A stretch of DNA of 46,259 nucleotides, from contig JABIUA010000173.1 in NCBI GenBank assembly GCA_018667575.1, forward strand, positions 1 to 46,259. Direction: 5' to 3'. The notes beneath the pieces were generated by a model. It was not told the origin of the DNA. It worked only from the letters and a program-made list of their open reading frames with translations, and made no database searches. Positions within the stretch are counted from its first letter, which is position 1. Each line of letters opens with the position of its first letter. A program made the translations under genes and the position numbers. Origin of the DNA: Methanobacteriota archaeon (lineage in GTDB: Archaea; Thermoplasmatota; Poseidoniia; Poseidoniales; Poseidoniaceae). Below, one piece after another: positions 20,501 to 27,941 of this stretch.

Positions 20501-20563
20501 AGTACATCCTGATAATGTCATCAACAAAATTAGCAATATTGCGGTTGGCTTTGTCATGTCCAT
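17549..20563 (-). CDS. Lipobox-anchored surface protein: beta-rich N-domain, TSP3 Cys-paired acidic repeats, and a C-terminal PNGase F-like (peptide-N-glycanase) domain
   Basis: The start is set at the ATG at 20563 (MDMTKPTAILLILLMTLSGC, with an LSGC lipobox), which is 25 nt after the upstream stop. Seven DxDxDGxxD...C modules span aa 276-523 of the ORF. The last roughly 290 aa carry CYEWDFEANLYI, ITGHGFNQDNQNCAEFC and YGRAGWCPG. From memory these match PNGase F segments CDEWDRYANVYV, GCAEWC and DRAGWCPG. Confidence 0.6.
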   Translation of the reverse strand: MDMTKPTAILLILLMTLSGCTSPDSDGSDDDVVEKPLLLISASWAEAVDFSNMDEVVSFSIIVNSSTPDSWIGIPTVLDPNGNVVSDLSWSRGFDSGSLYFEPKMIGNYTVKINLEAGDINREYLVQGGNLTHIIEILPPTEYPAIIVVPTAMIVENPEMILLQGTLKHSSIESCSMVFNYDTYQQFPISLQLSGQWSAIIDASNSQENIIEVIARCGVWSTLSSHQNISLIFMISEMDSDRDGINDELDRCNDGEENSWTSNINTDYDSDGCRDITEDLDDDNDGVNDYQDWCLSVVGWISEQSSDYDMDGCHDLDEDNDDDDDSVIDNTDLCPKGHLGWISTLNNDWDRDGCHDFVEDSNDDQDDYDDINDSCPLGEQMWIADSITDFDQDGCHDAYEDDDDDNDGVNDYNMTGDILDQCPQTPANSFDIDELGCAAFQRDSDEDGINDLLDECEGTPTGLVVNNIGCSDLDDDGVFANVDSCPNTPVRWTVDNIGCTVVQLPIPWTVSNSLNGPMQIVPDFTVPTLGSTFYFDEVWTGKDVYLFLFKYTSSSGSSNTNVWGQNPGTLIRNLPDNTHLFYGSFDTSYHSDVIDRRTAVENSLNPSEETKWNDRIHYIDQRASSITGGLGDMISSINNPLYMGIDRFQMARESGSLSSYPSGAIAPLHLAFEPQQWNAEFPVEIRLQDPGIEIITMMDFEYHQGGWQGGYSSKRNVTFPSNLSSYDTLEIYHEHACDERSNRYGKADGSEGGCYEWDFEANLYICDPVNVNSCGTEYVRWITTYGREGRWLTDLTPYLFMIEDNEERQFRYGGANRGSLTISFLLSNWGEGDIADSGEFAFSGGEFDGTYNDESKYDRQFNFTVPSGTTRVEIVATITGHGFNQDNQNCAEFCNHEHHYSMNGYSTAELHPIANSNDGCKQLVSEGVVANQYGSWPYGRAGWCPGQDVKQWRFDISSWSDMSGIGVNNLHYEGLFNGQEYSPSDGVGNGNRNIHAEIWIVYYQ
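19109..19852 (-). repeat. Tandem coding repeats: TSP3-type modules W-I-x(4-6)-D-[YWF]-D-x-D-G-C-[HR]-D-x2-E-D-x-[DN]-D-D...D-x-C-P
   Basis: Four consecutive modules of roughly 40 aa each are visible: NTDYDSDGCRDITEDLDDDNDGVNDYQDWC, SSDYDMDGCHDLDEDNDDDDDSVIDNTDLCP, NNDWDRDGCHDFVEDSNDDQDDYDDINDSCP and ITDFDQDGCHDAYEDDDDDNDGVNDY...DQCP. Three shorter modules flank them. Confidence 0.65.
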
Positions 20564-20588
20564 GGTACATGCAATATTTTGAATCAAA

Positions 20589-21743
20589 TCAATGTATTGC
20601 CGAAGGATGATTGGTTTCAGTTCTACCTGAATTGACGGATGCCTTGACAGAACTCTTGGTCTTTTGATGGAGGACATTGAGAGGTTCTACCCACATCAAT
20701 GAACGTCCACTTTCTCTCTGAATGACAATTACAAGTTCCCAATGCACCCGAATTAGTGGCGAAAATATAGTTCCAGGCCAAATACCGCTCGGTGGCTTCA
20801 AAGTGACTTTGCTACCATTAAGCACTGTCTTTTCAGATTGCTCCATTATTCGCATTGGACGTATGAAAAGTCCACCTTTGACATCGTTGGATTCCATTGG
20901 TGATTCTTCACCACCTCCAGTACCATCATCTAAATTGACATGCCAATGATGTGGTAATACAGTAGTAAGACCTGGCGGGGGTTGTTGATCTGTTTTTTTA
21001 CCGAATGCAGTCATCAATGACTCTCTGCTAGGAGGTAAAACTCCAACTCTCCACAAAACCTCGATATCATTCCATTTATCGCTACGTTTTGGAAAGTTTA
21101 TGTCTAGTTCGATATCTTCGTTTGCTATTGGATTAGATTTTAGTTTTATTACGGGACTTTTTGGAGAATCAAGTAAAAATGTTCTTTGTTTTACTAAATC
21201 AGATAGATTCGCTAATACTCTAAGGATAATCGGTGCAAATAGAATCGGCATTACAAATACTGCCAGTAATGGATAATCTAGTAGGCCAAATCTTACTCGT
21301 CCTGTACCAAAGCCACCTAGTCCCCAAATCTCGAGAACAGGTTGTAAAAACAAGTAGCCTAATGATATGAGGAGAATTACAACAGCCCAATTGAGAAATT
21401 TTCTAATCGCAGCATGAACCGGATTAGGAGACAAATACCACCCTGTTCTTTGTTTGTCAATAATTGAGTCCTCGGTTATGGGATGAATTATCTTTTCATT
21501 GAAATCAATATCTTTCTCAATGATTGCCCCATCATATAGATATCTTTTTTCAACTAGCCATGAGTCTTCATTACCTACTGTGAATGGTGCATTTAACTTA
21601 CCTAAGTATTCTAATGCTTCTTCTTTAGAGGCATCATCAAGTAATGTCTTCTTACTATTTGCTAGTGGTAATAATGCAGGCTTGAATCTATATGATTCAA
21701 ACGGTGGATATCTAATCCTTTCTTCGACAACTAGTTTAGGAAT
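20589..21743 (-). CDS. Hypothetical membrane protein (soluble N-domain, 2 TM, beta-rich C-domain) with a proposed non-canonical ATT start; the minimal version is 20589..21434 (TTG)
   Basis: The frame is open with no ATG/GTG/TTG from 21752 down to the TTG at 21434. AGGTGA-N4-ATT at 21753..21741 matches the SD spacing of other genes in the window. The TM helices are WAVVILLISLGYLFLQPVL and YPLLAVFVMPILFAPIILRVL. Confidence 0.5.
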   Translation of the reverse strand: MPKLVVEERIRYPPFESYRFKPALLPLANSKKTLLDDASKEEALEYLGKLNAPFTVGNEDSWLVEKRYLYDGAIIEKDIDFNEKIIHPITEDSIIDKQRTGWYLSPNPVHAAIRKFLNWAVVILLISLGYLFLQPVLEIWGLGGFGTGRVRFGLLDYPLLAVFVMPILFAPIILRVLANLSDLVKQRTFLLDSPKSPVIKLKSNPIANEDIELDINFPKRSDKWNDIEVLWRVGVLPPSRESLMTAFGKKTDQQPPPGLTTVLPHHWHVNLDDGTGGGEESPMESNDVKGGLFIRPMRIMEQSEKTVLNGSKVTLKPPSGIWPGTIFSPLIRVHWELVIVIQRESGRSLMWVEPLNVLHQKTKSSVKASVNSGRTETNHPSAIH

Positions 21744-21752
21744 AATATCACC

Positions 21753-22967
21753 TTATGTAAAAATTAACTTTGCACCAGCCTTTAATGCTAACTTCCTAAA
21801 TGCTGGTACTTTTTTCAACAAAGCCATTCCAAGCGGTACTGGCTTTTCAATATCGCCAACTTTATTGATTAACTCAACAATTTCAGGCTTGGTAAAAGAG
21901 TTGAAATGATTATCGAGAACTTCGTCTGAGCAATCACTCACGAGCAAGTTACGAAGTGCTCTGGCACGGTTTTGTTCTTTTCGCATCTTCGAAAAATGCT
22001 TATTGCAAATTTTATGAAGAGATTTTTTATCTAATCGGTTTTGATTTAATGCCTCTGATAGTGGTTCAATAATTCCAGAAATTTGTTCAAAAGCAGGCCC
22101 TATTCCCCCTCCAGTGGTTGGTTTAGCCATACCTGCTGCATCTCCGATCAGTATTACTCGGTCCTTGTAAGGAGTCTTTACCATGCCACTTGGAACAGGA
22201 CCACAATATCTTGCAGTTTCTGTGACATTGCTGAACCTATCTTTCCACAATGGATGTTCTAGTAAATTATCATAACATTGTTCGATACTTCTTCCATTAA
22301 GACGTTCAGCAGTAGACCATAAACCGATTCTATTCGTTTTGTTACCCGAAGGGATAACCCAAGCAAAAAATCCAGGTGCGATTTCTGAACCACTGAACAT
22401 TTCTAGCCATCTCTCGCGGTTTTCATAACCTACAACTTCAGCCTGAAAACCAATCATTAATTCCTTTGGACGACCCATTTTGAAGTGCCTTCTAGTCCAA
22501 CTATGAGCGCCATCACAACCGATTAGTAGTGAGGCGCTTATTTCTTGAATATCTTCACCTTTTTGAACAGTCAAAACCACTTTGTCTACCTTAACTTCTG
22601 AATTCAAAGGCTTACTATTTAGCCAAATACTGGAACCTGCTTCAAGTGCCTGCTTGACGACTCCTTGGTCGAAAATCTTTCTACACACTACATACGTTCT
22701 GATTTTATCTTCTGTCCCAACTGGTACTAATGTGCCACTTGGGCCATGAATTAGTGCACCATCAATTTCTTCAAGAACCGAATGAAATAGACCAACTTCT
22801 TTCATTGCATTTGGAGTTACAAGTCCAGCGCACTGAAATGGACGACCAATTTCATCATGTTCTTCTAGCATTAACACACTGTGTCCTCGCTCCGAAAAGT
22901 GAGTTGCTACGCGTCCCCCTGCAGGTCCCGCGCCGATTATGACAACATCCCAATGTTGATGTCCCAT
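21753..22967 (-). CDS. Geranylgeranyl reductase family flavoprotein (digeranylgeranylglycerophospholipid reductase-like)
   Basis: The FAD fold motif is WDVVIIGAGPAGG. CDGAHS and ILIGDAAGMAKPTTGGGI are present. The length of 404 aa is typical of archaeal GGR. Confidence 0.85.
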   Translation of the reverse strand: MGHQHWDVVIIGAGPAGGRVATHFSERGHSVLMLEEHDEIGRPFQCAGLVTPNAMKEVGLFHSVLEEIDGALIHGPSGTLVPVGTEDKIRTYVVCRKIFDQGVVKQALEAGSSIWLNSKPLNSEVKVDKVVLTVQKGEDIQEISASLLIGCDGAHSWTRRHFKMGRPKELMIGFQAEVVGYENRERWLEMFSGSEIAPGFFAWVIPSGNKTNRIGLWSTAERLNGRSIEQCYDNLLEHPLWKDRFSNVTETARYCGPVPSGMVKTPYKDRVILIGDAAGMAKPTTGGGIGPAFEQISGIIEPLSEALNQNRLDKKSLHKICNKHFSKMRKEQNRARALRNLLVSDCSDEVLDNHFNSFTKPEIVELINKVGDIEKPVPLGMALLKKVPAFRKLALKAGAKLIFT

Positions 22968-23037
22968 GATTGGAACGTAAACCCCATGAACATCAACCTT
23001 CGCCTTAGAAAATAGCTAAAACATCGTTTTTGAATGA

Positions 23038-25785
23038 TTATTTTTTAGCGAATCGGTAACCAACAGATTGATTTTTCTTGAGATATAATACTGCAGAAAA
23101 ATTATTCCCCGATTTTTTGGCTACCAAATCATCGAATGGTCCAACCTCGCCTTTTTCAATCAATGTTTTAGCTTCCTCTCTTGTGATAACACGCTTGGAT
23201 ATCTCTCTGGATATTTGTATTGAGCAATCAGTACCTACAGTTGCAGGTTGATAGAATGATTCGGTTTCAATAATTTCAACTTTGGTTTTGGGACAAATAG
23301 CTACAATACCTTCAACGACATCAAATTTACGAGCATCTGCTGCAGCCTCACGAGGGGGGAATTCAAACTTGACACGGTTTTTATCGAGAACTAAGAAAGC
23401 GTTGAACGGCCTTCCCTTCTTTGAAGTGAAATTCTCCAATAGAGTAGATTTACCTTGAGTCAAAATTTCTTTCGCTTCTTCCTTTGTAATATCTCTCTTA
23501 CACATTTGATGCGATAAACCTCTAAATCCACAGTCCTCACTATCGCAAGCATACATGGTTGAATTAATTCTAATTGTTCCGTGAGTACAAACAGGACATC
23601 CACATAATTCCTCATCACTATCACTGGATTTTGCTTCTCCACCATTTTTTGAGGTAACTTTACCATCTTCGGATATAGAAACTGAATTTACATATGGTTC
23701 CCCATTTCTCCCAAAGAAACCATGAAGATCATCAATTTCTTTTGTATCCATCAATCTAGATGCAGTGTCACGGTCAAACCATCTTCCACTAGTGTCTTTC
23801 CAAAATACAAACGAACAACCTTCATCGCGACCTTGATTATCTGAGCAAATATATGATAGAGCGGTCTCTTTTACCTCTGAATTGCACTTTGGGCATGGTC
23901 CGATAGGTGCATCATCTTGGTATAGTAAAGATCTATCATGGTCACGTATTTTCTCAACAAGCGATGTTGTTTTTTCTATAATATTATCCATGAATTCTTT
24001 TTTCGAAGTATTTCCCTTTTGAACCTCGATGAGTGATGCTTCCATCTCTCCAGTTAATTCTGCTGAAGTAATCCACTCGACAGGAATTCTTCTAAGAATC
24101 TCAATTATTCTAATTCCATGCGGGGTTGCAGAAATTGTTCCAGCCTTTGCACGTCTAATATAATCTCTATCAATCAATTTTTCAATAGTTTCAGCTCTGG
24201 TTGCAGGAGTTCCAAGACCCTTCTCCTTCATGGCCTCTGCCATCTCTTCACTCTCGAGTTTTCTACCTGCATGTTCCATTAATCGAAGTAATCCTGCTTC
24301 TTTCAAACGACCTTTTGGTTTTGACTTCTCTTCCCTGAATTCATAGTTAGTCATCTTTCCATCACATGGGTTGCTAGACAAGTTACCCCACCCTTCTGGT
24401 GCGTCTGACTTTTTTGGCTGGACTTCTCTCCATCCCGGTGTTTTGATGGTTCTTACTTCTTTGAAAAAGGATTCATTATCTATTTTGGCTTCTCTCTTAG
24501 CAACATTCCATACTGCTTCAGGATACCACGAAGCGAGGAAGTTTCTTGTTATCAAATCGTAGAGTTTTTTGTGGTCATCACTCATCTGTGTGTCAGGAAT
24601 TTTACCTGTTGGAATAATGGCATAGTGGTCGCTAACTTTTGCATCGTTATAATTTCGTTTTGCATTTTTCAATCCATTTTTGACTAAATTTTGGCTAAAA
24701 GAGTTATATGTGTCTTGTGCACCAATTTGGCGGATAATCTTGTCAACTTCTTTATCCATATTTTCTGGAAGATATTTAGAGTCAGTTCTTGGGTATGTAG
24801 TTAATTTAAATTTATCATACAAATCTTGTGCTGTTCTCAATGTTCTTCTTGCTGACCAAGACCACATATTGTTTGCAGAACGTTGTAAACTTGTCAAGTC
24901 ATAATTGAGAGGTGGCTTTTCCTTGTGCTCTCTATCGGTTTGTGATATTTTTGCTTCTTTATTTGATTCTAGGAGTTTATTTAATCGCTTAAATTCATCT
25001 TCCTCAACGATTCTGTGCGATTTGTATTCTGGGCGTTCAACATCATCTTTGTGCCCATTACGTTCCCACCTTGCGTCCCAATTACACTCTCCAGAACTGA
25101 ATGTCGCATTAAGTTGCCAAAATGGCATAGGTACGTGTGATAAGACTGCTATTTCATGGTCGACAATCATTGCCAAAGTAGCAGTTTGAACGCGGCCTAG
25201 TGAGATTGCTGTTTTTTCATTACGTTTTTTGGGAAGAAATGAATTTGCAATTCTTGAGCCGTTCATACCGATTACCCAATCTGATTCAGAACGTGAATAA
25301 GCTGCATCCATTAGAGATGAGTAATTCTCGCCTGGTTGCCTTTCATCCCAGGCACTTTGAATTGAATCCTTGGTCATTGATTGTAGCCACATTCGAGTAG
25401 TTTTACTTTTTGATTTGCTATGTTTTAATATTGTTCTGAAAATTAATTCACCTTCTCTTGCAGCATCACATGCATTGACAACTTCTGTAGTTGATTTGTC
25501 TTTTATCAGTTTGACTATTGCCTGTAGTTGTTTTTTGTTTCTTCCACTGATTGGCTTATACTGAAACTCTTCCGGAATGAATGGTAATCTTGTTACTGTT
25601 TTTCTCCAATCTTTGAAGTCAGCATCATAGTCATCCATATATTTTAGTTGTAGTAAATGGCCAACTGCCCACGTAACTTTGATATCCTCACTTTCCCAGT
25701 GAGTATCAGTTTTCTTGTTAATTCCTAGGACATTGGCTATATCGTTTGCAACACTTGGTTTCTCCGCTATTACGATAATTGCCAT
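23038..25785 (-). CDS. Type IA DNA topoisomerase (Topo I/III-like) with Zn ribbons and two C-terminal topoisomerase repeats
   Basis: The TOPRIM N-terminus is MAIIVIAEKPSVANDIA and the catalytic Tyr motif is LTTYPRTDSKYLP. Cys4-type ribbons are CPKCNSEV...CSDNQGRDEGC and CGCPVCTHG...CDSEDC. The two terminal repeats are LTQGKSTLLENFTSKKGRPFNAFLVL and LIEKGEVGPFDDLVAKKSGNNFSAVLYL. Confidence 0.9.
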   Translation of the reverse strand: MAIIVIAEKPSVANDIANVLGINKKTDTHWESEDIKVTWAVGHLLQLKYMDDYDADFKDWRKTVTRLPFIPEEFQYKPISGRNKKQLQAIVKLIKDKSTTEVVNACDAAREGELIFRTILKHSKSKSKTTRMWLQSMTKDSIQSAWDERQPGENYSSLMDAAYSRSESDWVIGMNGSRIANSFLPKKRNEKTAISLGRVQTATLAMIVDHEIAVLSHVPMPFWQLNATFSSGECNWDARWERNGHKDDVERPEYKSHRIVEEDEFKRLNKLLESNKEAKISQTDREHKEKPPLNYDLTSLQRSANNMWSWSARRTLRTAQDLYDKFKLTTYPRTDSKYLPENMDKEVDKIIRQIGAQDTYNSFSQNLVKNGLKNAKRNYNDAKVSDHYAIIPTGKIPDTQMSDDHKKLYDLITRNFLASWYPEAVWNVAKREAKIDNESFFKEVRTIKTPGWREVQPKKSDAPEGWGNLSSNPCDGKMTNYEFREEKSKPKGRLKEAGLLRLMEHAGRKLESEEMAEAMKEKGLGTPATRAETIEKLIDRDYIRRAKAGTISATPHGIRIIEILRRIPVEWITSAELTGEMEASLIEVQKGNTSKKEFMDNIIEKTTSLVEKIRDHDRSLLYQDDAPIGPCPKCNSEVKETALSYICSDNQGRDEGCSFVFWKDTSGRWFDRDTASRLMDTKEIDDLHGFFGRNGEPYVNSVSISEDGKVTSKNGGEAKSSDSDEELCGCPVCTHGTIRINSTMYACDSEDCGFRGLSHQMCKRDITKEEAKEILTQGKSTLLENFTSKKGRPFNAFLVLDKNRVKFEFPPREAAADARKFDVVEGIVAICPKTKVEIIETESFYQPATVGTDCSIQISREISKRVITREEAKTLIEKGEVGPFDDLVAKKSGNNFSAVLYLKKNQSVGYRFAKK

Positions 25786-25888
25786 GGTTAGCCCCGATAG
25801 CCGAGCGTACTTGAACCCTCTCTTGGAGATGATTTTTTGCAGATACTTTAGTATCTGTATGAATAATTCAGAGTTTCTAGAGGTTTTT

Positions 25889-26356
25889 TTACATCAATTT
25901 TCTTTTTGTTCGGAATTCATCTTCATTCCACTCTGCTTCAGAATTCGGTCCACCGCATCCAATACAACCCGGATAACCAGCCGAAAGTAGGTCATGGCAT
26001 GACTCCATGAGCCAGTTCCAACCTTGAATTTTATCACTTTCTATCCAGCAAACATCTCTGGCAGGCTCCTCTTTTCCAATGACAATTAATTTACCATCAT
26101 CATTATTTTCAATATCAGTTCGTCGAATCTCAATATGATCTAATTCTACATATTCTACCTTAGGAAAAATTAGTCTAGAAGGGATATTTTGTGAAATTTC
26201 ATCACACAGTGCTTTGAATTCTGAACTCAATTCCACTGGTATTTTGATAGATATATGTTCCAATCTTAATATCCGACGCGCAGATTCTCTAACCACAGGC
26301 CAAAGGGGGTCATCCATGCGCATGAACCGGCTATGAGAGCGCAAGTCTTGAAGCAT
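25889..26356 (-). CDS. Hypothetical 155-aa protein with a C-terminal Cys/His cluster
   Basis: The ORF has coding-like composition and the cluster SCHDLLSAGYPGCIGCGG near the C-terminus. I recognise no family. The start is uncertain, with internal ATGs at 26323 and 26317. Confidence 0.4.
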   Translation of the reverse strand: MLQDLRSHSRFMRMDDPLWPVVRESARRILRLEHISIKIPVELSSEFKALCDEISQNIPSRLIFPKVEYVELDHIEIRRTDIENNDDGKLIVIGKEEPARDVCWIESDKIQGWNWLMESCHDLLSAGYPGCIGCGGPNSEAEWNEDEFRTKRKLM

Positions 26357-26376
26357 ACCGTTGTTGTGAGCAATTC

Positions 26377-27513
26377 ATGGGACTCGCATTTAGGCTCTTT
26401 GGACGTCCGCTTCTGGCGTTTCAGGATTCTGAACGTGCTCATTCTAGGGCATTGAAATTACTAAGATTATTCTCATCCAATCCTTTGACTAGACTGCCTA
26501 TGAAACTTCTATACAAACCAAAGAAAACTATACCAATTCAATTTTTAGGTGACAAGTACGATCATCCACTCGGTTTAGCAGCAGGGATGGATAAGAAAGC
26601 AGAAGCACTCAGGGGTTGGGAAACCTTAGGACTTGGATTCATTGAGATTGGCGGCATAACACAGTTAGAACAACAAGGGAATCCTAAACCGAGAATGTTT
26701 CGTTCCAATTCATCTCAATCCTTAGTCAACAGAATGGGTTTCAATAATCCTGGTTCTGAAAAGACTGCATCTCATCTCAAAGATCACTTTGCAAAATATG
26801 GAAGGCCTAATGTTCCTTTATGGATAAATTTAGGAAAGTCAAAGTTGACTCCATTGGATGAATCTGCAGATGATTATTCAACTACAATGAAACGTTTATG
26901 GGTCTTTGGTGATGTTTTTGTAATCAACGTATCATCACCTAACACTCCTAATTTGAGGGAGTTGCAAAATGACGAAGAATTGGCTAAAATCATCATTGCA
27001 TGCCAAGAAGTTAACCATAATATGGCATCTGAGCACAATTCGAAAAAGAAACCGATATTGGTTAAAATAGCACCTGAACTGGATGATGCTCAGTTGAAAT
27101 TGGTAGTTAACACTGCAATGTCGAACGGTTGTGATGGTATTGTTGCTACCAATACGACCACTTCAAGGCCAGAGACAAATTCGAAAAGTGAAGAGAAAGT
27201 TTTCACTCAAACCGGTGGTATGAGTGGTAAGCCCCTAACTGATTTATCTACTGATTTTATTAAGAAAATTTACCGTATGACCGATGGCAATTGGCCAATT
27301 ATTGGAGTTGGTGGTATTATGAATTCTGAAGATGCATGGGAAAAGATTACAGCTGGAGCAACTTTAATTCAAGCTTACAGTGGATTTGTTTTTGAGGGTG
27401 CAAGCCTAACCAAATCAGTCGTAAATGGCTTACAAAAGAAACTTGTACTACACGGATTAACATCGCTTGAAGATGCAGTAGGATTATCTCACAAAGTCGA
27501 GGGGGAAAACTAA
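26377..27513 (+). CDS. pyrD: Dihydroorotate dehydrogenase (quinone), class 2
   Basis: The N-terminal FQDSERAHSRALKLLRL helix region is typical of class 2. Other motifs are GFNNPG, NVSSPNTPNLRELQ, GGMSGKPL and IGVGGI. Confidence 0.9.
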   Translation: MGLAFRLFGRPLLAFQDSERAHSRALKLLRLFSSNPLTRLPMKLLYKPKKTIPIQFLGDKYDHPLGLAAGMDKKAEALRGWETLGLGFIEIGGITQLEQQGNPKPRMFRSNSSQSLVNRMGFNNPGSEKTASHLKDHFAKYGRPNVPLWINLGKSKLTPLDESADDYSTTMKRLWVFGDVFVINVSSPNTPNLRELQNDEELAKIIIACQEVNHNMASEHNSKKKPILVKIAPELDDAQLKLVVNTAMSNGCDGIVATNTTTSRPETNSKSEEKVFTQTGGMSGKPLTDLSTDFIKKIYRMTDGNWPIIGVGGIMNSEDAWEKITAGATLIQAYSGFVFEGASLTKSVVNGLQKKLVLHGLTSLEDAVGLSHKVEGEN

Positions 27514-27891
27514 TTGATTTCACGAAAAAATAGACTATTGATTATTGGTGCAGTTATCACCATAGGTTTAGTTGGAGTTATTCTAATGGAAGCCCCTGAG
27601 CCAACAAGAACAGTAGATGAAGTAATGGAATCTCCAAGCAAATATGTTGATGAGGAAATTTCAATTCGTGGTGAAGTACTCGATGGTAGTATTGATAATT
27701 CAACGATGACTTTTATCTTACATGGTTCCAATTATAATATCAGTATAAACTATGTTGATGCTTCTGTATCTAATGGTTTAGACGACAACAGAACGGTTTA
27801 TGCCCAAGGTGTTTTGAAATATTCTAATGGAGAATATTTTCTTGAAGCCGATATAATCAAGACATCTTGTCCTTCGAAATACGAAGAATAG
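27514..27891 (+). CDS. ccmE: Cytochrome c maturation heme chaperone CcmE, CXXXY variant
   Basis: The protein aligns by eye with E. coli CcmE: SRKNRLLIIGAVITIGLV matches the RRKNRL plus TM region, and ISIRGEVLDGSI matches LRVGGMVMPGSV of the OB fold. The C-terminal SCPSKYEE sits where HDENY lies in E. coli. The TTG start directly follows the pyrD TAA, with GAGGGGG 8 nt upstream. The next in-frame Met would delete the TM anchor. Confidence 0.7.
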   Translation: MISRKNRLLIIGAVITIGLVGVILMEAPEPTRTVDEVMESPSKYVDEEISIRGEVLDGSIDNSTMTFILHGSNYNISINYVDASVSNGLDDNRTVYAQGVLKYSNGEYFLEADIIKTSCPSKYEE

Positions 27892-27941
27892 ATGATTTTG
27901 ATCTGATTCTATCAACCGTTCTGTTCAAATACACCTGCATT

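Noticed and set aside
21753-21755. Programmed TAA readthrough fusing the reductase to the downstream membrane protein
   Set aside because: I did not exclude this but rank it below ATT initiation. The reductase is already full length (404 aa) for its family, and the stop sits inside a well-placed SD for the next gene.
21499-21909. Plus-strand 136-aa ORF between the reductase and the membrane protein
   Set aside because: It is antisense to the start-less but clearly coding minus-strand frame and to the reductase 3' end. Its Ser/Asn/Leu-rich low-complexity translation is typical of a shadow ORF.
25840-25857. Hairpin CAGATAC-TTTA-GTATCTG between the 155-aa ORF and the topoisomerase gene, as a possible terminator
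   Set aside because: On the transcribed minus strand it is followed by an A-run rather than a T-run. The stem is only 7 bp, so there is too little to call a terminator or operator.
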